The notes under the pieces were generated by a model, which was given only the letters and a program-made list of their open reading frames with translations, was not told the origin of the DNA and searched no databases. DNA of 64,000 bases from Negaprion brevirostris (taxonomy: Eukaryota), in NCBI GenBank assembly GCA_030324005.1, contig JARDVH010000128.1, positions 31,373,221-31,437,220 of the forward strand, given 5' to 3'. Positions 51,704-62,999 of the stretch are shown piece by piece. The position numbers and the translations under genes were made by a program. Numbering within the stretch: position 1 is the stretch's first letter; each line of letters begins with the position of its first letter.

Positions 51704-51884
51704 ATGAGTGACACCAATTAAATGATCAACTTTAATAATTACAGTCAAAGTCTGTTTGTATGGAAATCCTGACCCAACTACAAAGGAGCCATCTCTTGGA
51801 AAGCTGGAATTCTGCTTTCATTCATAGCTACAATCTTCAGGAGCCAGTTTGCAGTCAACAGGGCAATCACTTGAAGAACCGCCC

Positions 51885-52182
51885 TTTTTTTTGTTTTTAA
51901 ATCCAATTCAATCAAGTCCAATTCAGAGTCTCAACAAGTTGAGTCATTCCCAATCCAAGCTGACAAGACAGGGCTCTCACCTCCTGTCTTGGGCTTGATC
52001 TACGTGATCCAAGTTGATTGGAGTAGGCATAGGTCCTCCTCCAAGGCTTGATCACATTTGCATCTTAGCCAAAAGGCCAAGATGGTGCCTTTAAAAATTG
52101 CTTCAAATGAAGCTGAAATGTAACCTAATGGCTTCAACCAAGCACAACATGTCAATACTACACTCGATCTTAGCCAAAAGGC
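51885..52182 (-). mobile_element. U2 snRNA-headed short poly(A) retroposon (SINEU-like candidate)
   Basis: Minus GCCTTTTGGCTAAGATCgAGTGTAGTAT (52182-52155) is U2 nt about 12-39 with 1 mismatch. A second copy TCTtGGCCTTTTGGCTAAGAT (52082-52062) is U2 nt about 7-27. A hairpin-rich body and an A-rich tail follow. Confidence 0.7.
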
Positions 52183-54769
52183 ATTACAACGACAAGGGAA
52201 CTGAGGAAATGCATATACAAGTGTCTAGAAAAATCCATCAAGGTTCTAACATTGAGTGTAAATACATAAACTGATATCTGTTCAGAGAGACATATGCTTC
52301 ATCTGGACACACAGTGCCTGACTTAATGATAGGATCTTCTGCTTAAGGGAAAGGGTGGGTCAACTCCGTGGTGGCTCAGCATCTGACACCATGGTGTTCC
52401 TGATCACTACATTGATGCCCATCTTTTTTGGAGACTTGGGTGTAAGCTGCACCTGATTTTCACAATTTGGCAAAAGATGGTGCCGGAGCCAATTAATTTC
52501 ACATACCAGCCACAATTTGAATCTCAAAGTGGGACCAAGGTCCTCTGCTCGCCAAAGTGAATCTCCAAATTAAAAACCTGCTGATGCCAACGTGTCTTCA
52601 TTGACTTAAAACTCTGCATGGCTTACTTGTGCATTTTCTGTGGTTCTGTATATCAATCTAAACACAGGAAACACAGTTGCATGTTCACCATTGATGGATT
52701 ACATAAACCTAAGGGTTTAAATCAACATTTTTAAAGTGATAAGCATTTATTTTCAATGATGATTCAGACAAATAGCAATAAATTAATGGATTTGTCACAG
52801 CAGGTGACTTAATTATGAAGATACTTAAAGTTGCTGTCTATAGAGGTAAGGCACTGAAAGGGTCGGCACTAAAGAACATAAGACATAACCGTAGCCTAGC
52901 TGAAGCATGCATAGTGCCTCTAATGTAAAGTTTTATTTTGAGCCTTAGCCTGTTCTTTGTGTCAGTTTTTCTTGCAGCCTATACAAATATCTGGGGAGCA
53001 CTGGACTGGTTACTGATACTGCCAAACAAACTAAAAAGCCTAACATTTTATTAGTATTTTGCTGTAAAAGTTATGATTTTTCCAGAGGCTTATTACCTGG
53101 TGCTGTTGCTTTAGGCTCCTGGAAAATATGAGTAGGAAACAAAAACCCAAGCAAATATCAATAAATAACAAAAAACATCAGTGCATTCACTGATCTGCCT
53201 ACAGTTGTTAACTCTTGTTTAGAGGAGTTATGCATTGTCTTAAACTTCTGATGAAAGCACCAAGAGAACAATGGAACCGTTTAGGTGGGGGGAGTGGTGC
53301 TGGGCTTGTGCAGGTCCTGAGGCTTTCACATTTGGGAGATGCCTGTCCTATTTACAAGGCTACATCATTTCAAAGGCATGTTCTGGAGGACTACACTCCT
53401 GCAGCTATAAGCTGTACTCCTGCATCATGCACTCTGTGTACAGCATGCACATAATTATCCTGACGCCATACACAGTGATGTTTGGCCTGGGACTCTCCAT
53501 GGGTTTTCTCTATCATCATGATGCCAATAGGCTTAGAAAGTTTACAACAGCCTACACGAACTGAACTCAAGAAAAAAGCAAGTTGCATGTGTTGCCAATC
53601 AGCTATGATGCATAACAGCAGGCACCAATAAAAGAGAATTTCACTGTTTTCAAGAGTCAGCAGTGTGGCCCACCAAAAGCTGTTTTGGAACATCTATTTC
53701 AGGAAATCCACTGCAAATTGCTCTTAATCAAAGAATTGCCAAGCCAAAGAGGGAAATATTTATCTATTAAAGGGAGAGCTCGGATGACATGTGAGCTATT
53801 GTTTGACATGCACTGTACAATCCAAGTGATGACTGCCAAAGGCTCAAATGACTCTCGTTCCTTATTAATACCGGTTGTGCTTGCAGAACACACAGGACTC
53901 AAAATCCACCTTTCAGGGCAAATCTTTACCTGCCAAAGCAATGCAGGTCTAAGCAAGAGTACTTGAGAGGTTGTATAACCTGCTATATCACTCAACTTTC
54001 CTCTGGGCCCACCCCATTCCCTCCTAACTCCAGTTCATAATGATATCCATCTCTCTCAAAATAGCAGCAGTATCTCAACCTCAGTGGCAGTTCTTTAGAA
54101 TCCAGGAGGCTATACAATCATACTTTCAAAATCCCAATTGGCTAGCTTTTGGCTCTCCATTCATCATGAAATTTCTGCAGCTGCTGATTTGCTCAACAGG
54201 ACCCTCATCTCTACCTATGAAACCATTGTCACCATTAAAACTATTACTTTTTTACCCTCAGCATTCCCCTGAAACTGCCCTCATGTTTGTTCTCTTATGT
54301 TACAGGACTCAAACTTGAATGGTTATGGCAACCAAATGGTTTACTGTCAGATCTGACAGCACCAGAGAACAGTTGACTGCCATGCTTTTGTTTAAGTTCA
54401 AGTCAGGCAGGTGGACTGTGATTGATCAAGGCATTGCCTGGGGAATGAACAAGGGAATAGTTGTTCAAGTTTTCTTCTATCTGCAATAGATAGGGCTGTG
54501 GTGTGTGAATATTTGTAGATTCCAGCACATGAAAGTGAGTCATAATGCAAGTCTAACTGAATCTTAAATTGGTTGCCAGTGTTATTCTTAGCAATCAAGA
54601 TTGTTTAGCAAGTGTTATCCAATTGCAGAATCACATCAAATGTTGGACACTTAGGTTTTGAGTCTTGCAAGCATGGGCTAGTTGAGTAGTCAGTATTTTG
54701 TTGTAAACAGTCATGATATGATCCATCAGTTATAGGAATATACACCTTGACCAGAGTTGACCTGCCTGG

Positions 54770-54915
54770 TTTGAAATTAGTCAAAATCTTGGCAGTTAAC
54801 TGCTCCCTCGTGCATTCTCCATGGCAATGTCTCTACAGGGTCCACTTGCCAACCAATCAGCCCTCTCCTCTTGCGTCCTGATGAGTGCATAATGAAAAGC
54901 ATGCCTCCTTTTTTT
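54770..54915 (+). mobile_element. Ancient Penelope-like terminal fragment
   Basis: ctccatggcaa...cttgccaaccaatcagc...gtcCTGATGAgtgcataatGAAAagc. Confidence 0.5.
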
Positions 54916-56231
54916 TAAAAAAATGATATACAAGTCATGTACTACCAAACATTTAAATACAAGGGTCTAAGAATGACAAAAGGTTTCATGGTGCATGGTC
55001 AAAGAGAGTGACAAAGAAATAAAAGTAAGTGGCTTTTATCAAAGTCATGGTTGACATCTTGTGTCTCTCTGACAAGGAAAAGGATCCCTATACATCTTTC
55101 TTCATGCTTGCTGGCCTACTTTAGTTATCAGTCAATCAACACCTTGTTTTAAAATTCATCCATGGACTCGTCCCTCCCCATCTCAGAATCTCCACCAGCT
55201 TCCCAATCCATTATGATGTCTGCGTTCATCTTTTAGCTTTGAGGATCCCAGAATTTAATTGCTGCCCCTTTTGTGGCTCCATTTACTACACTCAGGAGAG
55301 GTGGTGTGTGCAAAGTGTAAAACACAAGGGTCTGTCCCAAGCAAATATTCTCATACGATTCAGATCATTATCTGCAAACATAAAGAAATATTATTCAGAC
55401 ATAAACAGATCACAAGAATAGGGCATGCCACATAGCCAATCACACCTGCTCCACCATTCAGTATGTTCATGGTTGATCTTGAGCTTCAATTCTGCTTTTC
55501 TGCATGCTCCAAATATCCCTCAATTCTGAGGCACTAAAAAACCTGTTTATCACAACCTTAGAATTACTAAACCATGAAGCATCCACAACACTCTGGGGCT
55601 GAGAATTCCAAAGATTCACAACCCTGAGTGAAATAATTTCTCACCTCAATCCTAATTCCTTAAGGAGACACTGCTTTCATGTTCTGCTTTCTCCACCCAG
55701 CAGAACCAGCCTGTGTCTATCTACCCCTGTCAAGCCCCTTCAGAATTTTGTACATTTCAATCAAATCTAAATTCTGCAGAATAATAGCCCAATTTACACA
55801 GCCTGTCATCACAGGACAAGTCCTTCATTCCAAGGACCAATTTAATGAACCATCTCCAGTTCAAGCATATCATTTCTTAAATGCAGAGACCAAATGGGCC
55901 AGGAACTGGCAAATGGAATTTAATGTTTGCAAGNNNNNNNNNNNNNNNNNNNNNNNNNNNNNNNNNNNNNNNNNNNNNNNNNNNNNNNNNNNNNNNNNNN
56001 NNNNNNNNNNNNNNNNTTGAGGTACTTGCATACTAACTTTGTGCTTTGTACAAGCACACCCAAGTCACTTTAAACATCAACACTCCCAAGTTTCACACCT
56101 TGAAAGATAAATCCTGCTTTTCTATTCTTATGACCAAAGTCAATAACTTCACACTTACACACATTCTACTCCATCTTGTTACCCACTCACTTAACCTGTA
56201 TTTCTCTTTGCAGCCTTTCCCATACCTTTGT

Positions 56232-56568
56232 GGCAGCATGGTGGCACAGTGGTTAGCACTGCTGTGTCTCAGTGCCAGGGACCTGGTTTCAATCCCACCC
56301 GTGGGTGACTGTGGAGTTTGCACATTTTCCCCATGTCTGCTCAAGTTTTCCCCAAATGCTTCAGCTTCCTCCCAAAGTCCAAAAATGTGCAGGCTAGGTG
56401 GACTGGCCATGCTAAATTGCCCCTTAGTGTTCTAAGATGTGTAAGCTAGAGGGATTAGCAGGGTAAATACATGGGGTTGAGTGGGTAGAGCCTGGATAAG
56501 ATGTTGGAGAGTTGGTGCAGACTTGATGGGTCACATGGCCTCCTGCACTGTGGGGATTCTATGATTCT
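56232..56568 (+). mobile_element. tRNA-derived SINE (HE1-type)
   Basis: ggcagcatggtggcacagtggttagcactgctg...tail gattctatgattct. Confidence 0.9.
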
Positions 56569-57229
56569 TTCCACCTAGCTTTGTATCAGATGCATTACTT
56601 TTTACTTCAACTAAGTCATAAAACGTAGATTTCAAATAGCCCCACACTGACCCTTGCAGTACTACACTAGACCCTGCCAACTTGAAGAAGTCCCATTTGT
56701 GCCCACTCAGCTTTCTATCAATTTACCAACTCCTGATACATGTCAATATATTACCATGCCCATGTCCCATCCCCATTCCGACCTTCCACCAACTCCATGA
56801 GCCCCATCTTTTATTTGGCACCCTACTGAATGCTTTTTGAAAATCCATGTATAGTACAGCTATTGTTGCCCTTTATCTACTCTATTCTACAAGTTACATT
56901 TTTTAAAAAGCTGACAAATTTGGCTTTAGGATTAGGATTTCCCTTTAATAATACAATATTGACTTGCTTTAATCAGACAAAGCTTTTCTAAGCATATTTT
57001 AAGACTTCCTTAATAATAGATGTCAGCAATCTCCCAATGACTGGGTTAGGCCAACTGGCCTGAAAATTTACAATTGTCTCCCTCCCTCCTTTCTTGAAAA
57101 GCACTGCAAAATTTGCCAACTTCCAATCTCTTGGGAATGACCAAAATTCAAGGAATTATTAAAAATCGGAGAAGGTCAGCTTGCACATCTACTATTTAGC
57201 ATTGGAAAGAGATTGGATCAGGCAGGCTA

Positions 57230-58810
57230 GGAAAGTGTTTATCTGGAGTAAGGGGAAATTAGGCGAGTAAATTGGAAGGTGGTGTTCTTGGGGAAAGTAC
57301 CAAAGGAAGGTGGCGGTTTTTCAAGGAATGTTTGTCTGGAGCTCTGCACGACAACATTCTGATGAGACAGGGAGGTTTTGGTAGGTTACGTGAACCATGG
57401 TGCACGAAGGTTGTAATGAACCTTTTCAGAAAAAGAAAGAAGGTTCAGAGAGCTAGAAAATGTTAAGGCTCTAGAGGAGTATACGGACTGTAGGAAGGAG
57501 CTTAAAAAGGAAATTAAGAGAGCCAGAAGGGGTCATGAGAAGGCCTTGGGAGGTAAGATTAAGGAGAATCCCAAGGCATTCTACAAATATGTGAAGAGTA
57601 AAAGGATGAGATGTGAAGGAATAGGACCTATAAAAGGTGAAGGGAGAAAAGTCTGTGCGGAACCGGTAGAAATGGCAGAGGGGCTTAATGAATACTTTGC
57701 CTCGGTATTCATGGTGGAAAATGATCTGGATGGTTGTACTGCAGGTTTGCGGCGGACTGAAAAGATTGAGTATGTGGACGTTAAGAAAGAGGATGTGTTG
57801 AAACTCAAATTCTATCAAGATAGATAAGTCGCCGGAACCGGATGGAACGTACCCAGGTTACTGTGGGAGGTGAGGGAAGAGATTGCAGAGCCTCTGGAGA
57901 TGATCTTTGCGTCGTCGATGGAGACGGTAGGGGTTCCGGAGGATTGTGGATGTGGTTCCTATTTTCAGGAAAGGGAATAAGGATAGCCCAGGAAATTACC
58001 GACTAGTGAGTCTGACCTCAGTGGTTGCTAAATTGATGGACAGGATTCTGAGAGACAGGATTTATGAACATTTAGAGAAGTTTAGTATGATCAAAAGTAG
58101 ACAGCACAGCTTTGTCAAGGGCAGGTCGTGCCTTATGAGCCTAGTTGAGTTCTTTGAAAATGTGACTGAACACATTGATGAAGGAAGAGCGGTGGATGTG
58201 GTTTACATGGACTTCAGCAAGGCGTTTGATAAGGTCCCCCATGCAAGACTTCTTGANNNNNNNNNNNNNNNNNNNNNNNNNNNNNNNNNNNNNNNNNNNN
58301 NNNNNNNNNNNNNNNNNNNNNNNNNNNNNNNNNNNNNNNNNNNNNNNNNNNNNNNNATTGAAAGGGTGCAGAGGAGATTTACAAGGATGTTTGCCTGGAT
58401 TGGGTGACATGCCTTATGAGGATAGGTTGAGGGAGCTAGGTCTTTTCTCCCTGGAGAGGTGAAGGATGAGAGGTGACCTGATAAAGGTTTATAAGATGTT
58501 GAGAGGTATAGATAGGGGGGATTGTTAGAGGCTATTTCCCAGGGCTGAAATGGTTGCTACGAGGGGACACAGGTTTAAGGTGCTGGGGAGCAGGTACAGA
58601 GGAGATGTCAGGGGTAAGATTTTCACTCAGAGGGTGGCGAGTGAGTGGAATCAGCTGCCGGTGGTGGTCGAGGCGAACCCGCTGGGGTCTTTTAAAAGAC
58701 TTCTGGGTGAGTACATGGGATCGAGGGTTATAGATAGGCCTGGTAGGCAGGGATATGATTGGTGCAACTTGTGGGCCAAAGGGCCTGTTTGTGCTGTAGT
58801 GTTCTATGCT
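57230..58810 (+). mobile_element. Younger CR1 ORF2 (RT) with internal gap
   Basis: KIKENPKAFYKYVKSKR; PGNYRLVSLTSVV; FVKGRSCL; VDVVYMDFSKAFDKVPHARLL; TRGHRFKV; tail gtgttctatg. Confidence 0.93.
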
Positions 58811-59629
58811 TTTTTTTTTCCAGCAGCTCTCCCTAAAACTTTGAGGCAGAGGCCATCAGGTCCTGGGGATTTGTTGGACTTCAGTCCCTTAAGTTTCTCC
58901 AATACTTTTTTACTGCTGATATTAATTTCCGCTCTTAGTCCCTAGGTTACTGTCAACTTCTGGTATGAAACTTGTATCTTCTCCTTCAAAGATGCAGGTA
59001 TTTCGTCCTTTCTGCGTTCCCCTGCTTCTCAGGGACCAACACTCATTTTAACTAATCACACACAAAAGTTTTTACAATCTATTTTTATATTTCTGGCTAG
59101 TTTACGCTCATTCAATTTTTTCCTTTAACAATTTTTGGGTGGCCTTTTGTAATTTCCAAAACATACAATCCTCAGACTTGCTACTACTTTTTGCACGGTT
59201 GTAAGCCTCTTCTTTCAATCTAATATCATCCTTAACTTCTTGAGTGAGCCATAAGTAGATCTTTCTTGCTGAAGTTTTGTTTTTCAGTGGAATGTAGTTC
59301 TCTTAAATATTTTATTTATTTCAACATCTCCCATTGTTCATTTGCCACCATACCTTCATGTCTATTTATCTAATTAATCATAGCATCTTCTCTATTCATA
59401 CCCATGTAATTGCCTTTGTTGAAGTTTAAGAATTTTGTCTGTGATTGGAATATGTCATTTTTAAACTTCACATGGAATTGATTGATATTATGATCATATT
59501 TCTCAGCGGCTCTTTACCTGTGACATTACTAATTAACTCTGCTTCATTAAACAATACCAAATCTAAGTCAGTTCCATTTAGTATTGCTCCACATGTCAAG
59601 AAAACATTCTATATATTCATCTTTTAGAC

Positions 59630-59935
59630 TAGGGCATAGATAGGGTGAATAGCTGGAAACTTTTCCCCAGGTCGGAAATGACAAACACAAGGGGTCTCAA
59701 GTTCAAGGTAAGGGGGGCAAGGTTCAACACATATGCGGTGGGCGTATTTTATACAGAGGGTGGTGAGGATCTGGATCTGAGGCAGACACACTAGGATTAT
59801 TTAAGACTTATCTAGATAGCCACATGAATAGATTGGGGATAGACGGATACAAACGGATGGTCTAGTTAGGAACACATGATCGGTGCAGGCTTGGAGGTTT
59901 GAAAGGCCTGTTCTTGTGCTGTATTGTTCTTTGTC
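59630..59935 (+). mobile_element. CR1 3' end
   Basis: ggcatagatagggtgaatagc...ggcctgttcttgtgctgtattgttctttgt. Confidence 0.8.
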
Positions 59936-60294
59936 ATGGCCCACCTGAAGGGGTCGCGGAAATGTTGGAAATGATCGCCAGGTATACGGTTTAAAAAAAT
60001 GCAGTATATTCTGGGGTCATGCTCAAAGCAGGGCAAGGGGTGTTCAAAACTTTGCAAGATGTTCTGTGATCCTATTCAAGAGGAAAGGTTAGGTCCAGCA
60101 GTGGCAGCAGAAGAGGATTCAGAGAAGTCAACTCAGTCACCTCTACTGTACTGTGGATAGCTGAAGAACTGGTATCAAGGAGTGGTTAAGCCCAAAACAT
60201 TGCCTTAGTGTTTCACTCCCTCTAACACTGAGAAGCAACATAAAAGCAAAGTAAGGTTATTACACTCTTACATCTTTCTTAAATGTACAAGGGT

Positions 60295-60665
60295 AGAAAT
60301 GGCAGTTAGAGCAGTGACATGCTCCTCCTGGCAAATGTGGGAGATCAGGGAGCTTTCTAGCATCCCTCACGAGTATGTCTGTGGGAAGTATGACCAGCTG
60401 CAGCTCCTGATGGACCGCACAGGTCAGATGGAGCAACAACAGGGCACATTTCAGAGCATTCAGAGGGCAAAGAGTGTGACAGACACCAGCTCACCAGTCA
60501 GGCATGTGGCACAACAACCAGCTCTGCTGTAGATTAGGGCCAGGCTAAGACCAAGCGAGTAATAGGAGGCTTGATAGTCAGGAACACAGACAGGCATTTC
60601 TATGGCAAATGAGACTCTAGGATGCTGTGTTGCCTCCCTGATGCCAGGGTCCTGGATGTCTGCTA
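60295..60665 (+). mobile_element. CR1 ORF1 remnant (zinc finger, coiled coil, SGNH esterase start)
   Basis: MAVRAVTCSSWQMWE...YVCGK..QLQLLMDR; VIGGLIVRNTDR; DSRMLCCLPDARVLDV. Confidence 0.75.
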
Positions 60666-61044
60666 GTGGAGAAAGGGGAATGAAAACTTTGTATCTCTCT
60701 CCCTTACAGCAATGTAAGGTTTCAATATACATTTGAAAACAGCCAGCAGAAAGCCAGTGACAAAACAAGCTTAAATGTAATTATAAATTGAAGTCAAACA
60801 TTAAAGGAGCAATATTATAATTTAACGTTTCAAGTTTTGTTGCATTGTGTAAAAATTGCCACTAGATATCCCAGAAACTAGACGTCAATTGCTCTAAACA
60901 ACCCAACTTAAAAGCCCCAATTAATTTTCCCACGATTTTGAGCATTTCAAATGCAGCTATATTAAACCAGTGTTCTTAATATTCAAAGATGAAGGAGAAT
61001 GCATGCCACCTCTATTTAAATTGAAGGAATCTGGTAGGTTCGCA

Positions 61045-61385
61045 TCTGGTAGCACTCTTGCCTTGAAATTAAAATTGTGGACTTCAGTACCTGATCTCGG
61101 CTCTTGGAGAAGTGTTTTGTTTAAAATGTAGATGGTCAGAATTGACATCTTTCAGATAAGAACATTAAACCAGTCATAAACAGCTATTTTAGTGGCTGAT
61201 GTGGACTCTATAGGTCCCACAGCATTGTTCAAATATGAGGTACTTATAACATTTTCAAAACAATATCTCTCCCAATCAACAACAGATTACGTAATTTCTG
61301 TGACTGTGCTATGCACAAAACCACCGTCACATTTGTCTACTTAACAGTCAGAACATTCCAAAGAAATTTATTAGGCAGAAAAACA
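61045..61385 (+). mobile_element. SacSINE1/Deu-type SINE, decayed
   Basis: tggtagcactcttgcc head; cagataagaacattaaacc; caacagattac...gtgcacaaa-like body. Confidence 0.5.
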
Positions 61386-62999
61386 CTCATCCACATTCAA
61401 TACTGGTGACTATGTAAATTAAATATGTTTTATCACATTGAAACTGGCATTCCTTACACAAAACAAAATGTAAATATTCTGATCTGTCATACAAGGCTAA
61501 ACATAATATGCGTATTATGAACTATACTTATTAATCAATCTCAGGTACTCGCTATCTTTAGAATTTTACGTGCAAGGCTCATAGCAGAACAATGATCTGA
61601 CACCCAACTGTAATATTTTGTGGTTGTTCTGACCCTTTCAATGTTGATTCCCAGTAACAGAAACTCATTTGATTTTTTGCCACCTAGGTCAGCCAGGAGC
61701 TATAAAAATCTCATCACCAATCCACAATTAACTGATAAGTGTGTGTATTCTAGATAATGTTTTCTGAAGTGAAACCATGGCCAGGTAAGTCACAGCCAAC
61801 AACTTGGATCATATTTTCCTACTTTCTACAACACAACACAGGTTCTTCAATTTGATTGATTAGCTGCTTATTTAACTTCCAAAATGGCAAGCAGGTGAAC
61901 ATGTGATCCTCTTAATATTTATATGCCCAATCTATATACATCATTACAAGGCACAATAGTGATAAAGCACATGAACATTGTACAGCATTATCTTTCGAAG
62001 AATCTTTACATAAGAAGATGCAAGACAAGAAGGATGGAACAGGAGTTAGAATAAGGCCGAATTTAAAACCTTAGAATTGCACCTCTTTATAGTTTAGCTA
62101 GACACAAGATGAAAGTTTCATTGTGCCACTCTATACCTAGCTGATGTCCTAATGGTAAAAAAGTGCTTTAAAGGTGAGCAATGACATCGAGAAGCTTGGC
62201 TACAAGATTTAGAATTTCAAAGTTGCCATGGCACAAATAATTCACACCAACAGTACAAATTGAAAACTTAGTATGGAGACTTTGTTTACTCTAAGTCATG
62301 ATTGCCAAGTGCTGCAATCAACTGCAGCAACTGGGCAAGTGGAGACGCTACGAAAGCTGGTCAGACCACACATCACCTGTGAAAACTGTGCACACAACTT
62401 GGATCAACTGCTCCAGTAAGTCCGCAAGAATTATCGGCTTGAGCTTTTTCTCCCTTCAAGAATCAGAGCTACTTATCAAATGTGCAGTTTGTTAGCTTAC
62501 AATTTACTTTAAAAATAATTCCTGCATGCAGTCTGCCATACCAGAGATGCACTCCTCCTATAGTTCTATTTCTGCATAAACTATCATTTCTAATTTACTA
62601 GGTTTGACAAAGTGCATACGCATCAGAGACTGCTCTCGCACATCATGAAGTCTGGCACAAAATCACAAGTGGTAAAATTACAATTATCCCCACACCTTCA
62701 TAATTTCAGTATTAGTTATTTTGGGTCCCATGCACTTATTGCTCTTTATTCCAGGTTGTTTGACTGGTGTAATATTGGGGTTCAGAGATTTCAGTTATTC
62801 CCTGTTCTTTACCTTTATGTGGAAAGAGGATAGGAAGTCATTTCAAGAAGGTAAGAACCCATAATTAAATAATCAAAGCATAAAAAATATTCTATATTTT
62901 TTCCTGCATAAGCAAAAATACACAAAAATAGGATGACATTTATTGACCTAAATCATTTTTAAAAAGACAATGAAATTAATCAAGAGCTTGCAGCTTGGT

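Larger units (their letters stand above)
55410..59560 (-). mobile_element. Old minus-strand CR1 split by a SINE and a younger plus-strand CR1
   Basis: 3' UTR at about 55410; RT pieces at 56020-56230, 56570-57200 and 58820-59560 are collinear on minus. Confidence 0.65.

Noticed and set aside
51866-51884. 3' flank of the U2-headed element (minus gcggttcttcaagt) resembling downstream U2 sequence tctgttcttatcagt
   Set aside because: Too short and mismatched to claim a U2-like target site from one copy.
52155-52182. Functional U2 snRNA gene
   Set aside because: Only about 28 nt match; no Sm site or 3' stem-loops, and the first ~11 nt are missing.
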